Source of the DNA: an uncultured Actinomycetes bacterium
GTDB lineage: Bacteria; Actinomycetota; Thermoleophilia; RBG-16-64-13
Assembly (NCBI GenBank): GCA_963829545.1
Contig: CAWHIX010000008.1
Span: 28,274-92,273, forward strand
Length of the DNA: 64,000 bases
Direction: 5' to 3'
The translations under genes were made by a program, and so were the position numbers. Position 1 is the stretch's first letter. Each line of letters starts with the position of its first letter. Under the pieces are notes generated by a model. The model did no database searches and was not told the DNA's origin. It saw only the letters and a program-made list of their open reading frames with translations. Below, in pieces: positions 1-10,227 of this stretch.

Positions 1-359
1 TGATGGACAGTCTGCGTGCCCATGTCCTCGCGATGGTAGACGCCCTGCTCGTCGCGCTCCCAGAGTCCGCCACCGTCGAACTCCTGGTAGAACCATTCGC
101 ACCCCTCCTCGGGCCACATGGCGGAGCCCAGGAAGCTGGTGCCGAAGTTGCCGACGATGAGCTCGAAATCCTCGACGCGGCAGGTCATCTTCGAGCAGAC
201 GTCGTACGTGGCCGTCGCCCTCCTGATCTCAGGGGGCACCATCAGGTTCTTCTTGTATGACTCGGTGATGTTGAGCGCTCTCTCCGCATCGATGGCGATG
301 ACCCTGTCCCGGACGAGCTCTCTCATCTGGGCTATCCGATCGGTCACAGGTCCGAACAT
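1..359 (-). CDS. Glycyl-radical enzyme (PFL-like family), N-terminal part; runs off the window edge
   Basis: Hand translation from ATG at 359: MFGPVTDRIAQMRELVRDRVIAIDAERALNITESYKKNLMVPPEIRRATATYDVCSKMTCRVEDFELIVGNFG...WPEEGCEWFYQE. This matches the ERA..TE.Y / P..RRA / D.ELIVGN / PE...W pattern of GRE N-termini. Not in the ORF track because there is no stop inside the window. Confidence 0.8.
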   Translation of the reverse strand, partial: MFGPVTDRIAQMRELVRDRVIAIDAERALNITESYKKNLMVPPEIRRATATYDVCSKMTCRVEDFELIVGNFGTSFLGSAMWPEEGCEWFYQEFDGGGLWERDEQGVYHREDMGTQTVH

Positions 360-480
360 GTGGATCTCGTGTCCTTTCCGTGCGCGGAGCTGCTCTGCCC
401 TGAATGTCACAACAAGATACCCGGAAATCTGCGCCTTTGCGCTTCCCATCGGGAACCTTCAGGAGTCTCAAGACGACTGT

Positions 481-532
481 TTGACACGGTCGGTGGTCGG
501 TGTTAGGCTACACCGATAGTAGCACTACTATC
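481..532 (+). promoter_or_regulatory. Sigma70-type promoter of tetR with palindromic operator
   Basis: TTGACA (481-486), 17 nt, TAGGCT (504-509) with extended TG. Perfect 8-2-8 palindrome GATAGTAG-CA-CTACTATC at 515-532. Confidence 0.7.
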
Positions 533-557
533 AAGCTGGCGGCGGGGAGGACGCGGC

Positions 558-1218
558 GTGATGGTGGACTCTGGCTCGGATCTTTCGCAGCGCATCATGC
601 GGGCGGCAAAGGAGCTCTTCTTTGCCAGGGGGTTCGCGAACACTTCGCTGCGCGCGATCGCCAACGAGGCCGGCACCAGCGAGAGCGGCGTTCTCAGGAT
701 CTACGGGAGCAAGGACGGCCTCCTGCGCGCCGTGTACGCGTCCTGCTGGACCGAGATCAACACCCGCGTCGACGAGGCCATGGCCGCCGCCGCCAAAGAC
801 GACCCCGATCCTCGCAACCTTCTTCTGCAACTCACGCGCGCCGTCTGGCAGGGCTACCAGGATGATCCTCAGACCAGGGTGTTCGTGATCAATCATTTCG
901 GCTCTCGGGAGACCACCGGCCTCAGGAGTCTGGAAAACGTCGATCCCAGTATCGACGAGAAGGTCAGATGGGAGTACCACCATTACTTGACCCGCATCCA
1001 CGATCTCTGCGAAGCGGTGGTGGAGAGCCAGCCATCCCTCGCCCGGGCCGGTGTCACCTCCGTCGCCCTGGGCCACGTGTTCACTTCGATCATCCACGGC
1101 ATCCAAGCGGGTTGGAACGCGGCAGCGCAGGAGGATGAGCCCGTGGCCCAAGTGACCATGGAAGAGGCTCTGATCTACGGCGAGGTTCTTTCTCTATCCA
1201 GAGGCGTTGGCAAGTTGA
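558..1218 (+). CDS. TetR/AcrR family transcriptional regulator (indel near the 3' end)
   Basis: RIMRAAKELFFARGFANTSLRAIANEAGTS HTH. The likely true end is ...ARFFLYPEALAS* at 1216-1218 in an alternate frame. Confidence 0.85.
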
Positions 1219-1575
1219 TGAGCTCATCCACCGACCGAACTGTACCCGCAGCGAGAGAAGCGGTTCGTCGACGCTATCCGCCTGGAAGCAACCGATCGTG
1301 TCCCGCTGGAAATCAACGTGCACTTCGACACGACGGATATGTTCAGGGCCAAAGACGTCCTGGGAGGGCATCTGTGTATCAGCGGGAATGTGCCGGTCAC
1401 ACTGCTCGCGGTGGGTACGCCGGACGAAGTCAGGCAAGTGGCCAAGCGACTCATCGACTATTGCGGACGCGACGGCGGTTTCGTCATGTCCTCGCGTACG
1501 CCGGTCGACGACGCGCGGCCGGAGAATCTCAAAGCGCTGATCGATTTCACCATCGAATACGGCAGGTACGCATAG
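1218..1575 (+). pseudogene. Internally deleted uroporphyrinogen decarboxylase/MtaA-CmuA family gene (~119 aa)
   Basis: The family N-terminus (ELY.QREKRFVDAIRL...DRVP) is joined in frame to the family C-terminus (FDTTDMFRAKDVLG..CISGNVP..GTPDEV..GGFVMS..ARPEN). Confidence 0.65.
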
Positions 1576-1627
1576 GTGTTCGCAGCGTCTCACATCCATC
1601 TTCCAGTGGCGGAGAGGTAGGTACCAC

Positions 1628-2587
1628 ATGGTCACCTACATAATCCGACGTCTCCTATGGGGCCTGGTGGTCCTCTTCATGGTCTCGCTGATTGTCTTCT
1701 TCTCCGTCCGTCTGCTGCCCGGGGACCCGGTGCTGATCTTCGCGGCGCAGATGCAGTCGGGGGGAATGATCACCGAGGAGGCGCTCGACAAGTTGAGGGA
1801 AGAATACGGGCTGGACAAGTCGGTTCCCGTCCAGTATCTCAACTGGGCGAAAGGGGTCCTCACCGGAGACCTGGGCAAGTCGATCATGTACCGGGAGGAT
1901 GTGGGCCAACTGTTATGGGATCGCTTCCCTGTGACCCTGTGGCTTGGTCTCATCTCCATCGTCATCAGCACGGTGTTCGGGATCTTCTTCGGGCTCATCG
2001 CCGCCGTACGACGAGGGAAGTGGATCGATTCAGTGGTGACATTCCTCTCGTATATCGGGTTGACCATCCCCGTGTTCCTGCTCGGACTCCTGCTGATCTA
2101 CTTCTTCGGGCTCAAGATGCGCTGGCTGCCTATCGCCGGCTATACCTCGCCGCTCGCCAACTTCCCGCTCAGCGTGCAGCAGAGCATCATGCCCGTCATC
2201 TGCCTGGCGGTAGTCCCTCTGGCCGTGACGGCCCGGCAGATGAGGTCGAGCGTGCTCGAGGTCAACAACATGGACTACGTGCGCACGGCGTGGTCCAAGG
2301 GCCTTAAAGAAAGGGTCGTCGTCACCCGGCACGTCCTCAAGAACAGCATGCTTCCCGTGGTCACGATGCTCGGCATCAGCATCGGCCTCGTCTTCGGCGG
2401 CTCGGTGATCATCGAGAACATGTTCGCCATCCCCGGGGTGGGTCGGCTCCTGGTCGGCGCCGTCTTCGGCCAAGACTACGTGGTCATCCAGGGCGGCACG
2501 CTCATGATCGCCCTCATCATCATCATCGTCAACCTGATCGTGGACATCTCCTACGGCTGGCTCGACCCAAGGATCCGCTATGAGTGA
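1628..2587 (+). CDS. Peptide/nickel ABC transporter permease (DppB/OppB-like)
   Basis: YIIRRLL, LPGDP, GLDK...QY, DYVRTAWSKGL, LDPRIRY motifs. Confidence 0.93.
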   Translation: MVTYIIRRLLWGLVVLFMVSLIVFFSVRLLPGDPVLIFAAQMQSGGMITEEALDKLREEYGLDKSVPVQYLNWAKGVLTGDLGKSIMYREDVGQLLWDRFPVTLWLGLISIVISTVFGIFFGLIAAVRRGKWIDSVVTFLSYIGLTIPVFLLGLLLIYFFGLKMRWLPIAGYTSPLANFPLSVQQSIMPVICLAVVPLAVTARQMRSSVLEVNNMDYVRTAWSKGLKERVVVTRHVLKNSMLPVVTMLGISIGLVFGGSVIIENMFAIPGVGRLLVGAVFGQDYVVIQGGTLMIALIIIIVNLIVDISYGWLDPRIRYE

Positions 2588-3513
2588 CACTCTTGACATG
2601 AACGCAGTGCCGTTAGCGAACGGGCCGATGCCCGGCCCGGAGCTGGACACGGTGACTGCCCCGCAGGTCAGTGAAGCGAAGCGCTTCTTCCGGATCATGT
2701 TCCAGCGCAAGCTGGTGATGTTCGGGGTGGGCGTCCTCGTGATCCTCGTGCTCGTGGGGATATTCGCTCCCCTTCTCGCTCCGTACAATCCCTATTTGAA
2801 CGACATGGCTCAATCCCTGCAGCCGCCAAGCTCGGAACACTGGCTGGGGACCGACAACCTGGGGCGCGACACCTTCAGTCGCCTCCTCTACGGCGCCAGA
2901 ACTGCCCTGATCGTAGGCTTCGGCACGGTGGCCGTCGCTTCTATCGCGGGGATGATCCTCGGGCTCATTGCCGGCTATCTCGGTGGGCTCCCCAACACGA
3001 TCATCATGCGCATCATGGACGCTCTGATGGGCTTTCCCATGCTCGTGCTGGCCCTGCTGCTGGCGGCGGTACTGGGCGGGGGCATCCAGAACGTCATCAT
3101 CGCCCTGGCCATCGCCACCCTGCCAGGCTATACGCGGCTGATGTGCGGCGAGACCCTGAGTGTGAAGGAGAACGAGTACATCACGGCGCAGCGGGCCATG
3201 GGTGCGAAGAACATGCGTACGATGGCCAGGCACATCCTGCCCAACGCCTTCCAACCGGTCCTGGTTCTCATCACGGCCATGCTCGGCAACGTGATCCTGG
3301 CCGAAGCCGGCCTCAGCTTCCTCGGTATCGGTATCAAGCCGCCCGGGGTCGCCTGGGGCAGCATGGCCGCCGACGGGTATCGCTACCTCGAGAGCCACCC
3401 CCAGCTCGCCTTCGCTCCCGCCGTCGCCATCATGGTGGTGGTGTTCGCCTTCAACATGGTGGGCGACGGTCTTCGCGATGCCCTCGATCCCGAAGTTGCG
3501 AGGTGTGCTGTGA
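2580..3513 (+). CDS. Peptide/nickel ABC transporter permease (DppC/OppC-like); apparent fusion to the ATPase comes from an indel
   Basis: HWLGTDNLGRD, EAGLSFLGIG and GDGLRDALDP motifs. Removing one base gives ...LDPKLRGVL*, with the TGA overlapping the next GTG. Confidence 0.88.
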
Positions 3514-4560
3514 GCACCCAGACATCGACGGCGAGCCGGCAGGAGCAGGCCTGCGACATCACACCGGCCGGTCGGCTGCTGGAGGTCAAGGACCTTCGGA
3601 CCGAGTTCAAGATCGAGACGGGCATCGTCCACGCCGTCAACGGGGTCTCCTACGTGGTCGACGAGCGGGAGATCGTGGGTGTGGTAGGAGAGAGCGGCTG
3701 CGGCAAGTCGGTCTCGCAGCTTTCCGTGATGCAACTCATCAGGAGCCCCGGCCGCATCGTCGGAGGGGAGGTGCGGTTCGAAGGCAGGAACCTTCTGGAC
3801 TACGCTCCCAACAGCTCGGAGATGCGCTCCATCCGCGGGGGCAAGATCAGCATGATCTTCCAGGAGCCCATGACCTCGCTCAACCCCACGTTGACTATCG
3901 GGCGGCAGCTGACCGAGTCGCTCGAGTTGCACCTGCTCATGGGCAAGAAGGAATCGCGCAAGCGCGCGGTGGAGTTGCTCGAGCAGGTGGGTATTCCCAG
4001 CGCGGCTGCCCGGGTGGACGACTATCCGCATCAGTTCAGCGGTGGGATGCGGCAGCGGGTCATGATCGCCATCGGCGTGGCCTGCCAGCCCAAGATGGTC
4101 ATAGCCGACGAGCCCACCACCGCGCTGGACTGCACCACCCAGGCCCAGTTGCTCGAGCTGATGCTGTCGAGCATCGACGGGTGTCGCGGCGCCCTGGTGC
4201 TGGTGACGCACAACCTGGGCGTGGTCGCGCGCTACGCGAAGCGCGTCTACATCATGTACGCGGGCAGGATCGTCGAGCAGGGCACCTGCCGCGACCTCTT
4301 CTACCGGCCCAGCCATCCCTACACGATCGGACTTCTCAACAGCGTCCCGCGCTTGGACGAGACAGCAGAGCCGCCGGCTGGTGCCTATCAGCGGGACCCC
4401 GCCCAACCTGCTCCAGCCTCCTACCCACTGCGCCTTCCTGCCGCGCTGCACCGAGCGAGGCGAACGCTGCTACACCGAGCCCTGGCCGGAGTTGGAGCCG
4501 GCGGACGGTGAGGGTCACATGGTGCGCTGCTACATGCGTGAAAAGGGAGCCGGAGCATGA
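3510..4560 (+). CDS. Peptide ABC transporter ATP-binding subunit (DppD/OppD-like), indel ~4372
   Basis: GESGCGKS, YPHQFSGGMRQR, IADEPTTALD, HPYT. The Cys-rich C-terminus (CAFLPRC...C...VRC) lies in a shifted frame. Confidence 0.9.
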
Positions 4561-4566
4561 CCGAGG

Positions 4567-5568
4567 GTGCCGAACAACGTGATCGTCGAGGTCGACTCCC
4601 TCAAGATGTACTTCCCCATCACCCGAGGACTGCTCAAGAAGAAGGTGGGCGAGATCAAGGCCGTCGACGGCGTCTCTTTCACCATCAAGCAGGGGGAGAC
4701 CCTTGGATTGGTGGGCGAGAGCGGCTGCGGCAAGACCACGGTCGGGCGTTGCCTGTGCCGGGTATACACGCCGACGCGCCGGCCGCATCTGGTTCAAGGG
4801 CCGGGAGATCTCCTCCATGCCCGAGAACGAGTTCCGGCCCCTTCGCCGCGAGATGGCCATCATCTTCCAGGACCCGTATTCGTCGCTCGATCCCCGGCAG
4901 ACAGCCGGTGGCATCGTGGGTGAGCCTCTCAAGATCCACAACATGGTGCAGAGCAAGGCGGAATACGACGAGAGGGTGGCTGCGCTGTTCGCCAAGGTCG
5001 GACTGGACCCCGACCTGCGGTCGCGCTATCCCCACGAGTTCAGCGGCGGCCAGCGACAGCGTATCGGCATCGCGCGCGCGCTGGCCGGCGAACCCAGCTT
5101 GATCATCTGCGACGAGCCGGTCTCGGCGCTGGATGTCTCCATCCAGGCTCAGATCATCAACCTGCTCATGGATCTCAGGGAGGGTTTGACCAGCTCACGT
5201 ACGTCTTCATCGCGCACGATCTCTCGGTGGTGAAGCACATCAGCGACCGCATCGCCGTGATGTACCTGGGCCATATCCTGGAGATCACGACCCCGACGGA
5301 GCTCTACGCCAATCCTATCCATCCCTACACGCGGGCCTTGCTGTCGGCGGTCTGCGTGCCCGACCCGGACATCGAGGCGACTCGGGAGCGGATCATCATG
5401 CAGGGCGAGGTGCCGAGCCCGGCCAATCCGCCCTCGGGCTGCGTGCTGCACAACCGGTGCCCTGATGTCAGACCGGAGTGCCGCACCACGATGCCGACTC
5501 TCACAGATGTGGGAGACGATCACCAGGTCGCCTGCCTCGCGGTGGGGTCCGAAGGCAAGCCGGCGTGA
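4567..5568 (+). CDS. Peptide ABC transporter ATP-binding subunit (DppF/OppF-like), two indels
   Basis: [40 protein letters not shown] and [10 protein letters not shown] spread over three frames. Confidence 0.9.
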
Positions 5569-6026
5569 GCGTGACTCGGGAGACGGAAGTGGCTGACTTG
5601 GGGACTCAGAGGGGCAACATCGTCACGACCTATCTGGCCGATACGAGCGTGTTCAAAGGCAGCGCCATCACGCCTCTGGCGTTCATCGACGGGACCTTCG
5701 TCCCGGGATCGTTCTATGCGGAGTGCGTCATGATCCACGAGCCCTCCAAGGGCTCGCCGCCCGAGCATAGTCACGATGATTTCGACGAGATCATCATGTT
5801 CTTCGGTACCGACCCGGAGCGGCCACACGACCTGTGCGGGGAGGTCGAATTGTGGATGGACGGAGAGAAGTACATGCTCACCGAGAGCTGCATGATCTTC
5901 GTCCCCAAGGGGATGAGGCACTGCCCCTTGTATGTCCGGAGGGTGGACAGGCCCATTCTCAACCTGTCCACGGGGCCTTCGGAGAGCTACAGCAGGGATG
6001 GCATCGAGCAGCAGCCCGCAGGCTGA
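5565..6026 (+). CDS. Cupin-like hypothetical protein (start uncertain)
   Basis: H.H..FDE..F.GTDP...L.GEVE...[10 protein letters not shown], a His/His/Glu/His cupin-like pattern. Confidence 0.65.
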   Translation: MSVTRETEVADLGTQRGNIVTTYLADTSVFKGSAITPLAFIDGTFVPGSFYAECVMIHEPSKGSPPEHSHDDFDEIIMFFGTDPERPHDLCGEVELWMDGEKYMLTESCMIFVPKGMRHCPLYVRRVDRPILNLSTGPSESYSRDGIEQQPAG

Positions 6027-6287
6027 ACAGGCGCAAGAGGAGAGTGGGCACGTGGCCATAGACTTCGTTTACCGGTGAGCTACATCCGAAAGCCGGCCAT
6101 ATGATGCGGGAGTGCGGCCGGGGTGGCGCTCTGATGTGAGAGTGCTCTATGCTCAGGGAAGCAGACGTCCAAAGGAGGTGCGTATCTCAGGTACTCGGGG
6201 GGTAGGGCAGGGTTCCGTTGTGTGCGTGACAATCGACGAGGCTTGTGTAGCTGAAGGCGACTGCTGTCCAGGACTGGGGGTAATGAA

Positions 6288-7941
6288 GTGAGAAGTAGGA
6301 CAAAGAAGAGGACCTTGTGGAGCATCGGAGTCCTTCTGTTGATCGGCCTCATGATGATGCTTATGGTGGGCTGCGGGGAGGACGAAGAGACCACCACGAC
6401 CGCGGCGGAGGGTGAGACCACCACCACCGCTCCCGCGGAGACCACGACGACGGCGCCGGCAGAGACTACGACAACGGTTGCGGCCGGGCCTGTCACCGGC
6501 GGCATCCTGAAGCTGATCCACAACGCCACGCCTCAGGACGTCGGCTACTGGCCCAAGATGGGCCCGGTCGACGAGGGCGGCATCTTCCCCGGCGTCGAGA
6601 GGATCATGCGGTTCACGCCCGAGCGCACGCTGGCACCCGATCTCGCAGTGAGCGTGGTCGAGGATCCCGATGCCCTCACCATCACGGTCCAGCTCCACGA
6701 GGGCGTCATGTTCCATGACGGCACGGAGCTGACCGCCGACGTGGCCAAGTGGAACTACGACATCGGCGCGGCCGGTGGCAAGCTCCAGTTTGCCGACGCG
6801 ATCAAGGAATTCGAGATCGTCGACAAGTACAACTACGTGCTGCACCTGAACTACTGGCACAACCAGCTGCTTCAGTCCCTCGGTTGGGTGCCCATGTTCT
6901 CCCAGGCCGCCTTCGAGGCGAACGGCGGAGAAGAGTGGGCCATGAACAACTTGGTGGGCACGGGTCCCTTCCTCCTCAAGGAGTTCAACCGCGACCAGTC
7001 CCTGGTCTGGGAGAAGAACCCCAACTACTGGCGCGAAGGGCAGCCGTACATGGACGGCATCGAGGTGACTATCATCCCCGACGCCACGACGGCTTCCGCG
7101 GTCATGCAGGCCGGGCAGGCTGACATCTGGCAGTCGGCCGACGCTCAGGGCCGGGCCGAGATGGTCGACAAGGGCTTCACGGTGCAGACCGGGTGGGCCG
7201 GGTTCCAGTACCACCTCATGCCCAACACCACCGACCCCGCCTCGCCGCTGGCCAAGCTGCAGGTACGCGAAGCGGTGGAATACGCTCTCGACAAGAAAGC
7301 CATCACCGACGCCATCGGCTTCGGGTTCTACTTCCCCATCCAGGTCGTTTCGCCTGAAGGCGAGTGGGGCTCCGACGCGGTCGTGGTAGACCGCCAGTAC
7401 GATCCCGAGAAGGCCAAGCAGCTGCTGGCCGAGGCCGGCTATGCCGACGGCTGTCCCATCGACCTGCTGGCTCTGGCCGAGGGTGGTGGCCGTAACACCG
7501 GCGCCGAGGCCGTTAAGGGCTATCTGGACGCTGCCGGGTTCGTCACCAACATCGATATCGCCGACCCCGGCCGCTTCTACGGCTCGGTCTTCGGCACGGG
7601 CTGGAAAGACCTGGCCTTCATGTTCAGCGGCAACGACTACAACTACCTCATGTCGTGCAACGCCTGGTGGGGCCCGACGCCCAAGACCAACCTGGCCAGC
7701 TTCACGCGGCCTGCCTGAGTTCGCGGCCCTCTTCGAGCCCGCCAACCAGGCCCGTGAGGCAGCGGCTCAGGAAGCCGAGACCGGCAAGATCGTGGGTATG
7801 ATGAACGAGCAGGCTCTGATGATCCCGGTCTTCCACTACCCGAACGGCATCGTCATCCAGAAGTACGTCCACACGGAGTACCCGATGGAAGGCGGCTTCG
7901 TGCACTGGTCCTGGAACACCACCTGGATGGACGCGCACTAG
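6288..7941 (+). CDS. ABC transporter substrate-binding lipoprotein, family 5 (indel ~7712)
   Basis: Lipobox LMVGC, ETTTTAPA x3 linker, FHDGTELTAD, GTGPF, NPNYW, YDPEKAKQLLAEAGY. The C-terminus continues in the 7441..7941 frame. Confidence 0.92.
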
Positions 7942-7985
7942 TCAGCGAAACCAGATGAGGTGCGGCCCGCACGGCGGGCCGCGAC

Positions 7986-8028
7986 GGCGCGAGCCCCCCA
8001 GACTTCGGTCTGGGGGGCTCGCGCCTTT
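7986..8028 (+). terminator. Rho-independent terminator between convergent genes
   Basis: Perfect 18-bp stem (7986-8003/8008-8025), cUUCGg tetraloop, followed by TTT. Confidence 0.85.
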
Positions 8029-8054
8029 GTCCTTCCTGGGCCGTCTCTGCGGAC

Positions 8055-8853
8055 TTACCCCTTGCGCGCTTCCAGGCCCCACTTCCTGAAGTACTCCTCG
8101 TAGAAGGGGGGCTGCTGGAAGTCGGGCTGGAGCGAGAGGTTGAAGCGCCGGAATCCCCTGCCCGACTCCTCGAAGTGGTAGATCCCGTCCATCAGCTCCT
8201 TGAGTCTGTGTCGTCGGCACCGTCAGGACCATCTCGTCTTCCTGGGCGCCGGCCCGCTCGAAATCACCGGGATCGGGCACGGTGACCTGGCATTCCCCGT
8301 TCAACAACGAAGGGACGACGGAGTGCACGCAGGAACCGATGGGGTCGAGGGTCGAGGTGACCTGCGTCCCGTGCAGATAACGCAAGGCAAGGAGCAGATG
8401 CCGCAGTTGCGCCGAGTTGCAGTAGATCATCACGAGGTCGGGCTCGAAGTTGGCCGACTTGAGGGGCCCCATCACCATTCCGGGGTACTGCCCCACAGGC
8501 AGGCGCGTCATCTGGCGGGAATGCTCCTCAGCCGCCTGCTTGTCGGCGATGAAGAAGGAGCTCGTGGAACCCTCCAGGTAGTCCTGAGGCGTCTCGACCA
8601 GCCCATAGGAGATTATCGGTTCGAAGCACCAGTGGTCCTCCAAGAACATGGCGATGGTCATGCCCTGGCGGCGCGCAAGCGCAAAGGCCTGGCATACGGC
8701 GTAGTGCTCGTCCCTGTCCTTCTTGGGCCGGACGGCTCCCTCCGGGACCTCGGATTCGCTCTCCAGCATCTTGATGGCGATGGGATACGTCCTCAAGCAG
8801 AGAAACTGCTCGAGGTCCGCGCCGTACGTGTTGAACTCACTGTGCGTAGTCAT
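8055..8853 (-). CDS. DUF169 family protein (indel ~8210)
   Basis: LRTYPIAIK, CQAFALARRQG, HWC, GSC, PDPGD motifs. The C-terminus ...YFRKWGLEARKG* is in a shifted frame. Confidence 0.8.
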
Positions 8854-8994
8854 GTCCCGGTCTCCCCCTTTTTGGATCCGCTGCTCAGGCCGAGATTGCG
8901 TATCGGGCTTTTCGGCTGAGGCTCACTCAAGATAGAGCATCTCATCCGGCTCCGCCAGAGAGGGTCCTCCGTCAGGCCGCCGGACCCGGCGTAG

Positions 8995-10140
8995 CTACTC
9001 GGTCACGACCCGGTTCCCCCTTACGAACTTGCCCATGACCATCGCGTACACGATGGCCCCCAAGAACACGCTGACGTAGTTGAGTACGGCTATGGCTGTG
9101 TACTGAAAGAAGAACGCATATACGTACACTCCCAGGACCTGGGAGCCGACGAACACTCAGACAAACCCCCACTGCGCCGGGGCGAAGGGGCTCTTTGCGA
9201 AGTGGCTCCTGAAGTAATCCCTGATGAGATAGATAGCGCCAAGAGCCCATACAACCGCAACGCCGTACGAGGCAGTGATCAGCAGTGACTCCCATCCGTG
9301 CAGTCCAGAGGCGAGGTGAGGCTGCATGTACTCTGCTATTCGGTACGCACTCAGACCGTAGAGGCAGGCAATAGGGACGATTAAGAAGAACGCCGGCAGT
9401 ATCGCGGTGGCGGGCAGCTTGGCGGCTCGCACGTGTGCGTAGACCAGATACGCCACCTTATACACCAGCAGCACCGAACCAACGACCAGTGTGAACAGGG
9501 TAGCGACGGCAGCTGTGGTACGGATCACGTCGTCGCTGGCCATCGAGACGATGCCGGAGCCCGTCAAGCTGACCAGACCAAAGGCGAAGGCGTCGAGAAG
9601 CCAGACGAAGTTGAACTCCCTTCTCTGCACGCCTCTGGAGAACCAGGTCCTACCAAACGTCACTTGGAAGAAGAGCAGCGCTGACAAGAGGATGCCGAAG
9701 ACTATCAATGACGGCACCATCAACGCCTGCATGTTCGAGGACACCTGCGGGACGAAGAAGCCGAAAGGGGCCCAGAAGACGTTGACCGTCATCGATAGAG
9801 AGGCGACGATGGCGAATATGCCCGTGTTCTGATTCTGATGCGGGTTGTTCTTGAAGCCGCCGTAGGCTCCCGGCTCCCCAAGCCACGTGGCCAGACGATA
9901 GAGGAAGTATCCTGTGAGCACAAAGTTGAGGACGGTGAACGCCAACATCACGGCGACCAGGGGCGCGTAGAGGGCAATCTGCCCCCCTGTCAACGTCCCC
10001 CACGAAATATCAGACGACGTGATCAACCCCTCACCATGGGGGATAGCGAATTGGAGGTAGTTGAACGCCATCAGGGCAACGCCGCCTGCTGCCAACGACG
10101 ACTGGAACAACAGCGGGTGGAACTTGATACTGAGCTTCAC
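8995..10140 (-). CDS. 10-TM membrane selenoprotein (TsoY-like), 381 aa with Sec at codon 328
   Basis: GTG start with GGGAG RBS. In-frame TGA at 9159-9157 in ...PAQWGFV-U-VFVGSQVLG, followed by 53 more codons that complete two hydrophobic helices up to TAG at 8997-8995. SECIS-like hairpin 11 nt after the UGA. Family name is from recollection, not a search. Confidence 0.82.
9129..9145 (-). promoter_or_regulatory. Bacterial SECIS-like hairpin of the membrane selenoprotein
   Basis: CUCCCA-GGUCC-UGGGAG starting 11 nt after the UGA. The apical CAGGUC resembles the E. coli fdhF SECIS loop. Confidence 0.75.
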
Positions 10141-10157
10141 GGCTGCTCCCCGTACAC

Positions 10158-10202
10158 ATTGCAATATGGCCAGATTGCGATATTATAGCGCACGATAGCG
10201 CA
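10158..10202. promoter_or_regulatory. Divergent promoter region with repeated operator-like boxes
   Basis: TTGCAA-16nt-TATTAT on + (10159-10186); ATTGC(A/G)ATAT at 10158 and 10174; ATAGCGCA at 10185 and 10195. Confidence 0.55.
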
Positions 10203-10227
10203 AGGCGAACCAAGACAAGGAGGCCCG

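Noticed and set aside
558-1643. 361-aa TetR with a long C-terminal extension
   Set aside because: The extension is off-frame readthrough across the UroD-like remnant after an indel.
2580-4511. Apparent permease-ATPase fusion (643 aa)
   Set aside because: One extra base near 3491 removes the normal LDPKLRGVL* end, whose stop overlaps the ATPase GTG. Most likely an artefact.
6060-6287. Long leader before the SBP gene as a possible riboswitch
   Set aside because: No recognisable aptamer consensus or terminator/antiterminator pair.
6385-6480. Tandem ACC/ACG-rich repeats
   Set aside because: They encode the ETTTTAPA lipoprotein linker; not CRISPR-like.
7716-7718. TGA ending the SBP ORF as a possible selenocysteine
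   Set aside because: The protein continues in a different frame, and there is no Cys-type context.
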